NCBI RefSeq assembly: GCF_018977255.1 | Contig: NW_024704742.1 | Location: forward strand, 114,454,001 to 114,518,000 | Length of the DNA stretch: 64,000 nucleotides | Direction of reading: 5' to 3' | Source of the DNA: Callorhinchus milii | Taxonomy: Eukaryota | Position numbers and translations under genes: made by a program | Notes under the pieces: model-generated | Database searches by the model: none | What the model was told of the DNA's origin: nothing | What the model saw: only the letters and a program-made list of their open reading frames with translations | Part shown: positions 39,096-51,699 of the stretch, one piece after another | Numbering within the stretch: the stretch's first letter is position 1 | How the letters are laid out: the number at the start of each line of letters is the position of its first letter

Positions 39096-40030
39096 GTTTT
39101 TGGTCACCTTGGTGTCTGACACATGCAGAAAACCATCATCTTGCTAAAAAGTATTGAAACCAGACTGAGAGTTCTGCATAGACATGGAAATTCCTGTATC
39201 TGGAGTGAACTGTGGACTCTCTCCCTGGAGAGAAGCATCTTGCTTACCTAATTCTGATTGGTATTAAGCGCAGGTTGGCAAGAACTAAGACTTGAGGATC
39301 CAGAGTGTGAGTTGGGGTACTGCTGAAGTTTAACCAGCTAAAACCTCATAGCTTGCCATTGAAAGCACTGTCTGGCAACCTTCCCACTGTTTGTCCAGCT
39401 TGGACCACTCTACCTGTTAGAGCTTTGTCTGCAGGGTTAATAGGAGTGAAGTGCGAAGAATCCCTGTCCCCATTGATTGGTCTGCCCTTCCAATTCAGAC
39501 CAATGAGCCAGGCTGTCATCAGCAGTGCTCTGGAGTACTGTATTTTTTTCTCAGCTGGGTGGATGACACATGCGGAAACCCACCACCAGGCTTGAGGGCA
39601 TCCAAACCAAACTGAGAGTTCCACCTACGCATGGAAATTTCAGAGATAGAAATCCACAGAAATTCTGTGCCTTCAGCCACCCTCCTACCTTCCCTGCCCT
39701 CCACCCTCCCTCCTTATACCAACGCCCCCCACACCCACTTGTGTCCAAATCCCTGACTATCCGGCACCTTGGGACATCCTCCCAATGTGAAAGGCGTTAT
39801 ACAAATGTAATTTTGTATTGTATAGATTGTTGGAATGAGCACTATCTCTGGAGGGATGCATCCGGCTTACCTAATTCTGTAAAGTATTTGGCACAGTTTG
39901 GCAAGAGCCCAAGGCTTGGGGACCCAAGAGTGTGAGTTTGGGTACTGCTGAAGTCTAACCAACTAAACTGCATAGCTTCGGAGTACTGTGGACTCGGCTC
40001 AGGAGCCTGATTACTGAGACTGCCACAGCG
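39096..40030 (-). mobile_element. Family X copy containing a nested family X copy (39542-39979) and an L2 tail (about 39665-39822)
   Basis: Collinear with the 52.3-52.85 kb copy; ggagtactgt duplicated at 39532-39541 and 39980-39989. Confidence 0.8.
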
Positions 40031-40297
40031 GATTGATTTGATTCTGACATTCTGTTGGCAAGCGTGACATCTTGGAATCAGTTCAGCTCCAAGAAGACAT
40101 TGTTTCTGCTTGCCTCCCCCACCCCCCAAGGAGAAGGACAAATATGTCATTTGGAATCAAGAATAAAACATGCATCAGTAACCAAACCAATTAAAGCAGG
40201 GATGGAAAAAGGACAGTTATTTGGGGGTGATTTGTGAGGGAAGCATATCTCAGAAATGTATGGTGGGGCCCTATTATTCTTAAATGCCTTGTGTTTG

Positions 40298-41618
40298 CAA
40301 CAACAACTTGAATTTATACAGTGCCCTTCACTCAGGGTAGCATCTTCAGAACGTGGAGTGGGGAGAAAGCTGCTCAGAGAGATAGGGAGATGCCAGGACG
40401 TGAAGTGATTTGTAGATGAATGTCAAGATCATGAAGTCGATTTGTTCTGTAATATGGAGCCAGTGGAACCTAGCAAGGCCTGATGTGATGGGGGTACGGA
40501 GTTTTGTGCAGGTGAATATATGGGCAGTGGAGTTTTGAATTTGTTGTATTTTGTGGACAGTGGAGCTGGGAGACAGCCGAGCAGGGCATTGGAATAATCG
40601 AGGAGGGAGGTGATGAAAGCGTGGGTGAAAGTTTCGGCTGCGTTGGGTTTGCGATACAGTCGGAGGCGGGCAATGTGGTAGAGGTGGGGGAAAGCGGAAA
40701 CCAGGTGTGGGATTGGAAGGATAGCTGGGATCAAATCTGAGACCGAGATTACACACAGGTTCAGTAAATCTGAGGGATAGGCCAGGGAGGTTGAGGAGGT
40801 CAGAGCCGCAGGAGAGAAGACGTTGAGAGTAGTCAAGGAGTATGGCTTCCATCTTGTCAACATACAGCTGCAGAAAGTTTACCATCATGCAGGCCCTGAT
40901 GTCTAACAAGCAAGGTGACAGAATATCAGAGGTTCTAGAGTCGCAGCTCGAGTAGAAGTAGATTTGCGCATCATCTGTATACATGTGGAAGTTGACCCCA
41001 TGTTTGCAGTTGCCGAGTGGTAGCGTGTAAACAACAACAAGAACAAAATTACATTTGTAAAGCACCTTTCAAGTCAGGAGGATGTTCCAAGGCGCTGAAC
41101 AGTTGGGGAACAGGACCCGAGCGTGGGGTAAGTGTGGGATGAGGAGGGCAGAGAGGTAGAAGGGCGGCTGAAGGTGCAGTCGAAAAGGAGAGTCTTGAGT
41201 CATGCCTTGAAGGGAGGGAGCAAGGTGAAGGGATTGTGGAATGGGGTTCAAAAAGGTGGGGGCAGAGAGGCTGATAGCCTGGCCGCCGATGGTAAGATAG
41301 GTCGGGCGAGAGACATGGAGCAGGCCAACAAGTAAACAAATGGGGCCAATGATGGAGCCTCGGGGTACCCCACAGGTGACTATGCAGGGGGGGCAGAGGA
41401 AAAAATGTTTGTGGGGACAAAGTGATGGAGTTTGGTTAAGTAGGACTTGAACCAGAGAGTGAGGTCCTACTCAGGTGGCTGAGGAAGGAGAAGCGGTGGA
41501 GGAGGATGGCATGATCAATTGTATCGAAAACAGTAGAAAGGCGCAGGAGGACAAGGATGCAGAAGGAGCTCTGTGCACAGAAAGAGAGAGAGGACATAAT
41601 TTGTGACTTTGACGAGGA
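40298..41618 (-). mobile_element. L2 family B with a nested family A 3' end (41031-41331)
   Basis: HGVNFHMYTDDAQIYF, FITSLLDYSNALL; gtaaacaa on both sides of the nested insert. Confidence 0.9.
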
Positions 41619-41629
41619 CTACCTCTGTT

Positions 41630-42295
41630 CTGTGGGCCTAGCGGTTTCAATCTAGATGTCTTCAATAAATTACAAAGAATGTACATCACGTGGCCTAACC
41701 AGCTTGTAACAGCGTTTATACTGTACAGTAGTCTACATCCACTCTGTTCCCTCCATACCCTTCTATTTATTGCCCTTTCCCTCATGTGAAGGTCGAGCTT
41801 CATCTTGAATGTGTCTATACTATCTGATTCAACCCCACCACAATCTCACTACTCTCTGCATGACGTAGTTCCTCCTAAATTCTCTATTAGATCACCATCT
41901 TTGCAGTGATAGTGTAGCCGCCCTCCTATCTGTCAGCCCTCCCTCATCCCAACACTGCCCCCTCCTCCCCACGCTCGGGTCCTGATCCTCCTGACGTGAA
42001 AGGCCCTTTACAAATGTAATTTTGTTGTTGTTATCTTATACTTGGGTCTCCTGGTTATGGATTCCCCAAACTGTGGAAACAGCTTATTTATGCTAAACGT
42101 ATCAACCCCTTTCATACTTTTAAATGCTTCTAATATGTTCCCCCCTTAAATGTCTCTTCTCTAGTGAAAAAAGGCCAATCTATCCTGGTAGCATAACCTG
42201 CCAGTCCTGGTATCATCCTTGTAAACCTTTGCTGTACTCTTTCCATTGCTGCTATATCCTTCTTGTAGTGTGGAGACCAGAACTGGACACAGTAC
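41630..42295 (-). mobile_element. CR1 fragment interrupted by an L2 tail (about 41915-42032, +)
   Basis: CR1-like tagtgtggagaccagaactggacacagtac and aaatgtctcttctctagtgaaaa. Confidence 0.7.
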
Positions 42296-44344
42296 GCCAA
42301 AGGTTTTGTGCAAATTCAACATCAAATGATGTACAATGGGGAAATCATAATAGAGTGAGTCTGTTAGCCAGCTCTGAGATTTACAGCATTCGGGTTTATT
42401 GGACTAGAGTGGGTGCTTGAGGCTACATGGAGTATGTATCTTCTGGGACTTATGACAAGCCATCTTCCACCCAGTTTACATGCGCATAATTAGGGTGCGT
42501 TTTTGTTTTGCATGTAAAAGTTGATTTTTTTTTCTCTTTCTCCCCTCCCCTCTGTTAATGAATCTGCTGCTTTGGAGCCCAGTTAATTGTACTTTCAGGA
42601 TTTTTTTTAAAACAAAAAAATTGAACTGTGAAATAGAGTAACTAGCTATTTTCCATTTACATGTGATCACTGAGCATGTTTCCTGCACAGATTCACAACC
42701 AGTGCAAAACTGCAGCTGTAGTATCAACTGGGCAATCGGAACTATTTTGAGTTACTATACTGGTGTCATATTGGCACATGCTAATAAGGCAATCATTATA
42801 TTTTTGACCCTTGTACCCACTTTCCAGAACTGTAGGAAAATATGAACTGCCCACACTATCTTGGAACACTTAATTGGGTGTAACACCGCAGTTACCTTTA
42901 CCATAATTCAAAATATGGTTGTTTCAAAGTATTATCTCGGAGGACTAAGGTGTGTTTCTGCTGTTAGACTTGAGGCAGCATGGAGTATATATTTTCTGGG
43001 CCTTATGACAAGCCATCTTGAACTTAGTTTACACATACTTAATATGTAAAGTGGTGTAAAGAATAACTCCTTGGCAAGTCTTAAATGATGGTGGGTGTGA
43101 ATTATTGTCCTATACATAGCCGTCAGTATTTCTGAGATCACATCCTTCCAGAATCCACTGAACCATCTTCCCATTACAGAATCAAGTTGTTTCTTAAATG
43201 AACTTGAAAGGAACGTTTCAGTTTGTACTATTTAGTAACATCTCAGTTAGTTACCTTTGTCCTACATGGTAACAGTGAGGGAGGCTTTTGCCTTGCTTTA
43301 CAATAATCAGCCCATATTCTTAAGAATTCCACCACTAGCTCTCACCCAGTGATAGATGTTTGACTTACAAGATTGCATATAAACAAATGGCAATTCCATT
43401 TTGAGCTGTAATGCAGGGTGGAGCAGTGTGGGTATGGACTGACAATACAACAGCTATCAGCAACAACAACAAGATTACATCAATTTTGAATGAAACCACA
43501 TTTTGTAAGTCTTTTGTAAGACTTTGGATTTCAGTTATTTCTTCTATTTTACCTATTAATGAGCAATCAGTAATTTCGTGCTTTTGTAAATTGAATTTTC
43601 TGCATGAAGTTTGGAGTAGGAAAATATGAATTCTTCTGTCTTAATGTAGGATTTGAATTGAATACTCAGTAAGTTTACATCTTCACCCTATTGAACCTTT
43701 TTCACACACGTGTTAAATTGTTTTTAATCCTGAAGGTTGTTGTAGTTTCAGCCAGAAATACTTGGTTTCCAGGGATTAACGGCTGAAGGTCCTTATCTCA
43801 TTTGGTGTGAGAATAGAACTACTTTATACAGAAACCACATCTGAAGTTTCTCCTAAAATAGTCTCTGAGTTCCATTTCACTCAAGCTACTTCTCCCTTTA
43901 TTCTGTCCAGCTTGCAAGGTTCCTTAATCTATTTGAACATTATGAATCTGAAAGGAGCCTGATCTTACTGGGTGGGCAGATGAAAATTCAACTTGCATTT
44001 ACCTTGAAATTTTACAAAGCTTGGAATTGGGTGAACTTATTTCTTCTATCCTCTTCTGAAATACTGGAATATCTTCAGCATTGATGTTCCTTTATATATT
44101 GAAAGTTACTTAGCTAAGATTGGTCACTGGGTGATTTACAAATGTAGGATGGTGGAGTGGGGTGAAGCAGTAGACATTTCAGGATGTGATGTTCTAGCCA
44201 TACCAGACTCTCAAACTATTGTCATCTACAACCTTCAAGGTCAAAAATGAATTTAAATTTCTGAATGATCACTTTTTATGTGTATAATATAAACCTGCAG
44301 AACTTCATTTGGAATGGTCTTGGAAATTTAAAAACTGAGGATCA

Positions 44345-44920
44345 CTAGAATTACCTAGAACATTAAAATGTGGAAACAGGCCAAGGCCCAATTACCCTGT
44401 ACTTGTGTTTATTCTCTTCCCCTCCCAATCCCCTCTCTTATATCCCCTCCATTCCCTTCTCCCTCATTTACACATCATGTCTCCTCTTAAATACATTGAT
44501 GCTTTTTGCTTCAACCAGAGCTTCCAATATTGAGTTCCACATTTTCACCATCCAATGCATAAAGAAGTTCTTTATCTATCTGGTGCTGGCTATTTTATAT
44601 TTATTCCCCCTCGTTTTGGACTCACCAGCAAGTCGAAACACCTAATTAATGTCCACCTTAAAAGTGTTAGATGGTGAGAAGCGTATGCAATGTAGGATCA
44701 AATAAACATTTCTAAGTGTATAAAAATACACATAGTGAAAAGTACATTTTGGGATTAGAAACATAGAAACAGGAGTAGGCCATTCAGCCAACTTGAGCCA
44801 TTTCTGTCATTCTATATGATCATGGCCGATCTGCACCTCAAATTCAATTACCCGCCCTTGTCCCGTATCCCTGAATACTGCGACCTAACAAATAGCTATT
44901 TATCCACCTCAGTCTTGAAG
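44345..44920 (-). mobile_element. Two CR1 3' end fragments
   Basis: agaaacatagaaacaggagtaggccattcagcc and ccctcgttttggactcaccagc. Confidence 0.75.
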
Positions 44921-44997
44921 ATGTGAACAGAATGTGAATGAAGATGCTTTGCTATTTTTGGATCCACAGTGGATGACCTCACATGGCACAATGCTGG

Positions 44998-45026
44998 TGT
45001 GTGTGTGTGTGTGTGTGAGAGAGAGA
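44998..45026. repeat. (TG)n(AG)n microsatellite
   Basis: Directly visible. Confidence 0.9.
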
Positions 45027-45557
45027 AAGAAAATGTTTGCTCTTGTTTTATAGTGAGATACAGAATCAAACTCAGTTATTTTAACTGATGTAAAAGTTTA
45101 GGTATGTACATATTTGACGTGAATTGATTCACATAGAGAGGAAGGGAGGGAGAGGAAGTGAAGTCAACTTGGGTTGCTCTTGCATCCCTCCTAGTGGTCA
45201 TTAGTAGAATGATCTTTAGATGCTTGGGAGAACATCACCTGGGTGTCTAATCATTAATGAAAACAATGTACCCTATTAAAGTTCCCCTGTGTATCTGACA
45301 GCACCCATAGTGCAAGCTTAAAAGTAACAGGTGAATGAAATAACAGAAAACCATGAGGAAAGTTGGGGTAAAATGAAGAAACTTGTTTCATTCTTTAAAA
45401 TTTTTAAAAAAAAGTCTTTTGACTCAAAAAGTAGACAAAGCATGAGATCCTCTAGAAGCAATATCTTATTTTTATAAACCGCTACCCTGCGCGAGGGGTG
45501 CTAAATAAATGCAAGATGTTGTTGCATCAAGCTACCAGAGTGCTTCCTAGGAATATC

Positions 45558-45765
45558 AACAACAACATGGATTTATATAATGCCCTTCCAAGTGTCTTGG
45601 AATGCTTCAAAACAAGGAGATTGATGCACATCCAGGATGAGATTATGGATAGTGAGAGCTTTGCTTGAAAGGGAGTAGACATTTTGGAAGACAGTTCGAA
45701 CAGGGTCACTGATAGGGGAGTGGTGGGGGGAACGACATGGGCAGGGGTATGGTGGGCTAGTAGCT
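45558..45765 (-). mobile_element. L2 remnant with the endonuclease N-terminus joined to a 3' tail
   Basis: Minus-strand FQNVYSLSSKALTIHNLILD followed within about 40 bp by an L2 tail and (GTT)n. Confidence 0.7.
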
Positions 45766-45919
45766 TGTGGCTGGGGATGATCCTCATTGCTCTTCTCTGT
45801 ATCCCCTTTAGGCCTGAGCAACTCTCTTGTATTGCAGTGACCAAAACTATATGCAGTGAACTTGCAACAGGATACTTTGTGCCATCAGACAGCTTTGGCT
45901 AACTGACCAGACACTATAT

Positions 45920-46142
45920 GGGAGTAATTCCACCTGGGTCTACATTTGTTCTGTTTATGCAGCATTTTAGCGACCATAATTTGGCAGATTCTTAAATTCC
46001 ATCTTAATGTTGAAGCTGGGATTCTGTACTTTTAAGAATTACAGAAAACCAACTTCAATGTTAAGAATGAATTCAACAATTTGCCAAATTTTGGATACTA
46101 ACTGCTTCATAAATAAATCTTGACCCAGGTAAAGTTCCTCCC
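45920..46142. mobile_element. Fold-back MITE-like element (long imperfect palindrome)
   Basis: gggagtaattccacctgggtc pairs with gacccaggtaaagttcctccc; inner arms aatttggcagatt/aatttgccaaatt and tcttaatgttgaagctgg/ccaacttcaatgttaaga. Confidence 0.75.
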
Positions 46143-46857
46143 TGTGTATCTGATAGCATGAGTCCACAACACTGATAGCACTAGAGCACTCTGGCACCGA
46201 TTGAAGTTTTTCGCCTTACCCACAGTTTCAATTGCGTGTATAGCGTGGCTTTGTGCCATTCTACATAACGAGTGGAGAGACTATCACCACACGTTAAGAA
46301 CAAATGCAGATGCGTACATGAAACATGAGCAGCCTTGCACATCTTAAGTTCTGACTGTGCCTAAAATAAAAGGGCCAGTTGTATAAAACCTAATCAAATG
46401 AAATGCAGCTCCCATTTAAAAACTGAATGGGAATGTCAAATAGCAGATCTGTGCCTGAAAAAATACACATATGACTATTATAAAGCTCAATTCTGGGGCT
46501 CACTGATGCTGGGGAGTGAGTGTATTATTTGTTTTCTCTGTCTGCAGTGTCTGCCTTGCTGTTGTGCTGCTTGGTAATAAAGAGCTTCTATTTTGTCCTT
46601 AATACAGCAGTACACAGCAAGTCAGCACTTCTCTGAAGTAAGTGTCCCCTGAGGGAAGATCCTGCTAGTTTAACATTTAAGTGAATTCACTGCCAGTCTT
46701 GTGCAGTCCTAAAGCTGGACTGTTCTATGCAAGTCTTTGTGCACAAGGGTATCATTGATACCTTGCACAGGTATCATTTGTATTGCTGATACAACAAAAT
46801 AAAATTCTCTCACTTCTGTGGTATCTCTTTTTCTGATCAAATTATATTTCTGTTTGA

Positions 46858-47065
46858 TTATAATAATAATCCTTACATTTGATATAATGCCTTATTACAT
46901 GACCGAGACATCTCAAAGTGCATTACAAGGATTTACTGTGAAGTTTAGTAACTATTTTTCAGGCAAACTCAGAAGTCAATTTTGTGCACAGCAACATCCC
47001 AAAAAGAGCCTTGAAGTTTAAAAAAAATGAAGGACCAATTTTATTTGGGGGATTGTTGGCCATCT
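46858..47065 (-). mobile_element. SINE 3' half
   Basis: (AAT)n ccttacatttgatat...tctcaaagtgcattaca...tgtgcacagcaacatccc. Confidence 0.75.
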
Positions 47066-48336
47066 AAAACAGAATGGGTTTCCATTGAGAGACTGTATGG
47101 CAAACTTTCCACTGCTTGTCCAGCTCGGACTAACCCACCTGTTAAGACTTTGACTAGCATTTGGCTATTCATGTTTTGAATGGTGAAACGTGGATCCCAA
47201 TGAGTGCTGGACTGGGTTGGCTGAGATTGCAACCATCTGATAGGAAGCATGGAGATCGCATCTTTGAGTCAGAAATCATGGAGCTGAGCGGAGCAGTAGT
47301 GGCAGAGTCTTGAGGGTGAGACTGGCAAAGGTGAAGTCAGTGTGCACAGTGAACAAATGGTCTCCTGATGCAGCACACATCATAGGTGTGTGATGGGAAG
47401 GGCTCAGCAGGGTATAAAAGGTATTTCTCCCAGTGTGAGTACCGAGTCTAGGTCATTGTTAATTTAATTAAATGGCCCAGCACGATGGTGTTACAAATTT
47501 ACTAAAAGTTCTGTTTTCAATCCTAGTTGTCTGGACACCAGCCTCTGTTCTCCAAAATACTTCGACCTATTTCAATATGGAATGCTTCCTGTCCCTAATC
47601 TCGTGAGCACAAATCTTCAAACAGTATTGAAATAGCAGTTCAGCAACCAGTTTACATGACCCATGTCTTCCATCATAGTTTCATATGATCTTAATTATTA
47701 AAATCAGCCAAATTTAATCATAATTGTCCATTAAATTAAACTCATAACAATGATTTGTTCTGATACATGGGTTTTTTGAGGCTATTCTGGCCAGCTCGTT
47801 TTATAATCATTGTCCTTGCTTCAAGAATTCCTTATCTTGGGCTCTGTTTATTAATATTCATTTTTTATTCAGACAAGAAGTGCAGTTAATGACCGATCGT
47901 CATGTTAGGTATCTATTCGACTCGCATAATATTACCAACAAGGGAATCTAGATCTGCTTAAAATAATAATTTGGTTTCTTTCATGAATCACTGGAATTTA
48001 CTATACTTTAGCAACACTGATGTTTAGGCTGCACTAAGGCTGATAAGCTATGGTAGCTATCAGCTTAATTTCAAGGATAAGTGTACATGATTAGATGACG
48101 TGACTTTTCCACTGGCAGTGTTGAGACCTGTGGTAAACAAGGAAGTAATATTAAAGCACCAGGTTATATCTGGCATTGTACCTGGAGAAAGATATAATCT
48201 GTCTGGTGCATTATTCTCTATTAAGTTCAGTTTCTGTGGTCTCAAAAGAATGAGCACTGATTTAAGATTTTGAAATATGTACTGTGATTTATTATCATAA
48301 TGTTTGATGTAGTAGTGCTGGATTCCTGGTTTGGAT

Positions 48337-48500
48337 GTGGTGTAACAGTAATGGTGCTGCACTCGGATGCCAGAGGTCATGAGCTTGAATCCTTTTAATA
48401 GACTTTCAATGCAAAAGAAATTGGTGGCAACAAAAAAAAGGCAGTGATGCTGCTGGATTGTCAAAAAAAAACATCTGGCTCCTTAATGTCCTTCAATATG
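48337..48500 (+). mobile_element. V-domain SINE remnant (HE1/MER6-like)
   Basis: Degenerate tRNA-like head, then gctggattgtcaaaaaaaaacatctggctccttaatgtccttca resembling the V-domain core gattgtcgtaaaaacccatctggttcactaatgtccttta. Confidence 0.6.
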
Positions 48501-49202
48501 CCATGTTTACATGGCCATGTGTGGGATTAGAATTTCATTGGAATCTAATCTAATCTAACCCTCCTACCCTCTACCTCCCTGCCTTCACCCCACCTGACTC
48601 CAACCCCCAGCTCGGGTGTGAATCGTTGACTGTCCAACACCTTAGGAAGTCCTCCCGGCACGAAAGGCGTGACACAAATGTAATTTTGTTGTTGTTTAAG
48701 CAGTCTGGACAAAGTAAGAATGACATTAAAATGCTCTCAAATTTCATATTGGGAAGACTCTTAAAATGCCCTCTGAAGTTTTTTATGGCAACAATGGACA
48801 GGGAATAAAAATTGGCCCAGTCAGCAACAGTTTTAAAAAAGAATCGTGGCTATGTTGTTTTGTTTCCTTTGCCAACCCTAGTCTGTCCAGCGCCTTGGTA
48901 CGTCCTCCCAGTGTGAAAGGTGCTATCTAAATGTAAATTTGTCATTGTTGTTTGTTCAACTCCTGAACAATGCAGTCCCATTATTACTAGATTCTTTGTT
49001 TCTTTGAGAACACACTCATATCCTTTCACTTCAAGACTTCGGCATTGCTTTCTCATCAGCTGAATCAAATGTTCTTCTCCGGATTTTAACTTTCTCCGAA
49101 AGGTATTGACCACTCCTGAAAATATTCTTTAAGTGTAACACTAAACATTTAATTTTAGCAGGCTATTTGGTATCTTAGTTGAGCCCAATCCTCTCTACCT
49201 TG

Positions 49203-49440
49203 AATCCCATGGCACGTTTTGAAAAGAGAATGGGATTTCTCCCGTTTTCCTTGTCAGCAAACCTCTTCATAAAATTGGTCATTCATTTGGTGCCTGTGGG
49301 GCATTGCTGCATACAAATCAGCTGCCGCATATGCCTACAAATACACCATCACTACAATTCACTGTAAAATCCTGTAAAATCTTTTGAGACGTCTCAACAA
49401 TGTGATAAGGCGCTGTATCAAATGCAAGGATTATTAGTTA
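49203..49440 (+). mobile_element. Deu-domain SINE 3' half
   Basis: atcccatggcacgttttgaaaagag...gggcattgctgcatacaaatcagctgccgc...caaatgcaaggattatt. Confidence 0.8.
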
Positions 49441-50328
49441 TCTGACATTCACATACATGCACTTTCCAATATTGATAATTCAATAACATTTTGGAGTAGA
49501 AACCTTGGGCTGATTTATTTTCTATCCCTGTCTAGTCTAGGGATGCTGAGGTAAATTGTTATTGCAATCAAATAAGCATAGCCCAGATCTGAACCCAGGA
49601 TTTTCTGTTTTCACAGAGGAAACAGGTTTATCAATTGTGCTATCTTGATTATGTTTAACTGAACAAGCCAGATTGCTTTGAATATAAGGTGAATTCCCCC
49701 CCACCCTCCCAAATTAGCGGCTTCAAAATTTCTACTCATCTTATAATTGTGGACTAAGTATGACTAACAGTGGAACACTATTGGGCTGCAAGATTACACC
49801 TGTAAATTACAGTCACTACACTTCACAGTAAAATCCTGTGAAGCACTTGTAGATGTCTCAGTGATATGATAAGGTGCTTTTTCAAATGCAAAGATTATTA
49901 TTAATAATAAAAAAATTCAGCTGAACACAAGGTTACATTTTCCCATGCAGCCAGAGTGAATCAATGGCATGGAGGAGACTATGGGATACATCGCTATGTT
50001 TTAGGCAAAGGTTTGCAGAAACAAACTTTCTCCATCTTCATAAAATTCACGTTACAATCTGAAGGTGGCCAGCAGGATAATCTACCTCAACGGAGCACGC
50101 TACACATGGCTATCATCTCTGACTCAAGTTACTCAGCTCTTTCAGAGTTCAGATAATTGGTCATAACTTTTTGACTGTTAGAACTGAAATAATCATCCCT
50201 CATTTGTTCCAGATGAAGATGATCAAACCCTTTCAAGGGACTGCTGCAGATTTGCAGTCTATAGATATGTATATTTTTTGTGGTTGCCAGTGAGAGTGTT
50301 GTGTTTTGCTCACATAATTTACAGTCAA

Positions 50329-51002
50329 CTACAACAAAATTAAATTTATAGAGCGCCTTTCATGTTGGGAGGACTGAACAATCAGTGCTGAACAGTCAGG
50401 TATCGAGGCCCGAGCATGGGGGAGGGGTGGTGTAGGGGTGAGGGAAGGCAGAGAGGTGGGAGGGAGACCAACGACACGGTCGAAGAGAAGGGTCTTGAGA
50501 CCAGCCTTGAAGGAGGCAAGGGAAGAAACGAGGCGAAGGGACCGTGGGATGGAGTTCCAGAGTGTGGGGGCAGAGAGGCTGAAAGCCTGGCCACCGATGG
50601 TAGGGTAGGTCGGGCGGGAGATATAATAATAGTAACAATAATAATCCTTGCATTTGGTATAGCGCTTTTCACGTCTTGTAGACGTCTCAAAGCGCTTCAC
50701 AGAATATGTTGTAAAGTGAATTGACTGTATATTTGTGGGTGAAATGTGGCAGCCAATTGCATACAGCAGTGTCCCACAAACAGTCGTGGATTGAAAATGA
50801 CCAATTTATTATTGTTTTATTTTGGAGGGATTATTATTAGGCGTGTGGAGTAAGGAAACTTGCCCAAGGTTTCGTCCTGACCTGCCTGGAATTGAACCCA
50901 GGTGTCTCACTTGCAAGGCGAGTGCTCTAACCACTGAGCTACAGGACTCCACATGGAGCAGGCCGGAACCCGATGAACGGAGGGAGTGGGCAGGTTGGTA
51001 GG
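50329..51002 (-). mobile_element. L2 family A 3' end interrupted by a SINE
   Basis: GGQAFSLSAPTLWNSIP...FKAGLKTLLFDR; resumes at 50953. Confidence 0.88.
50624..50952 (-). mobile_element. Short-form SINE, full length
   Basis: Reverse complement of the 9891-10210 element. Confidence 0.92.
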
Positions 51003-51699
51003 GAATTCACTTTATAGTATATTCTGTGAAGCGCTTTGGGACGTCTTGAAGATGTGATAAGACGCAATATCAAATACAAGGATTAGTATTATTGTAAGGC
51101 TACTGTTCTTATAATTCATTATATATTTGTGTTCATTTTTTGGGTCATGTCCCTATTTCTATATCTGTACTTGTTTAACTTGTACGCACTGGGTTATACC
51201 TTATAAATGATGTGGATATATTACTCTACTTTCTATTAAGCAACAATATACTATTCTAAGTAATAGCTTTGTAGTCTAGAATCTTCGCACCAGTATGGAA
51301 TTTGTAGTATAGAATAATTGTTCATGTTTAATGTCCTTTCGTATGCGGAAGAGACTTTGATAAATATTTAATATTTATTATATATTTATGCGGGCAAGTC
51401 TTGTCTATCTGCTAATAATTGTGTATTTTTCATTTTTTGCATTTGCCAAACTGCCTTTATAGATCATTATGATCATCAGAATTTTAATTATTGATCAATT
51501 TACCCAATGACATGTGTACATTTTTCAGATTACTTTGTATTATGCAGGAGATTGATTGTTCTCATGACTCAAAACACAAGGAAAAGGAGACACAGACAGT
51601 TAGCATGGCTTTGGAAGGTAACAGAGCATGTTCAGATTCCACTCATTCACTGGTTACAGGTCGAGTAGAAAGACTAAGTGCTCCAGCCTTGGGTAACCT

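Noticed and set aside
45183..45200. CTCF-like motif (TGACCACTAGGAGGGA on the minus strand)
   Set aside because: Mismatches at core positions; not supportable without a PWM scan or ChIP data
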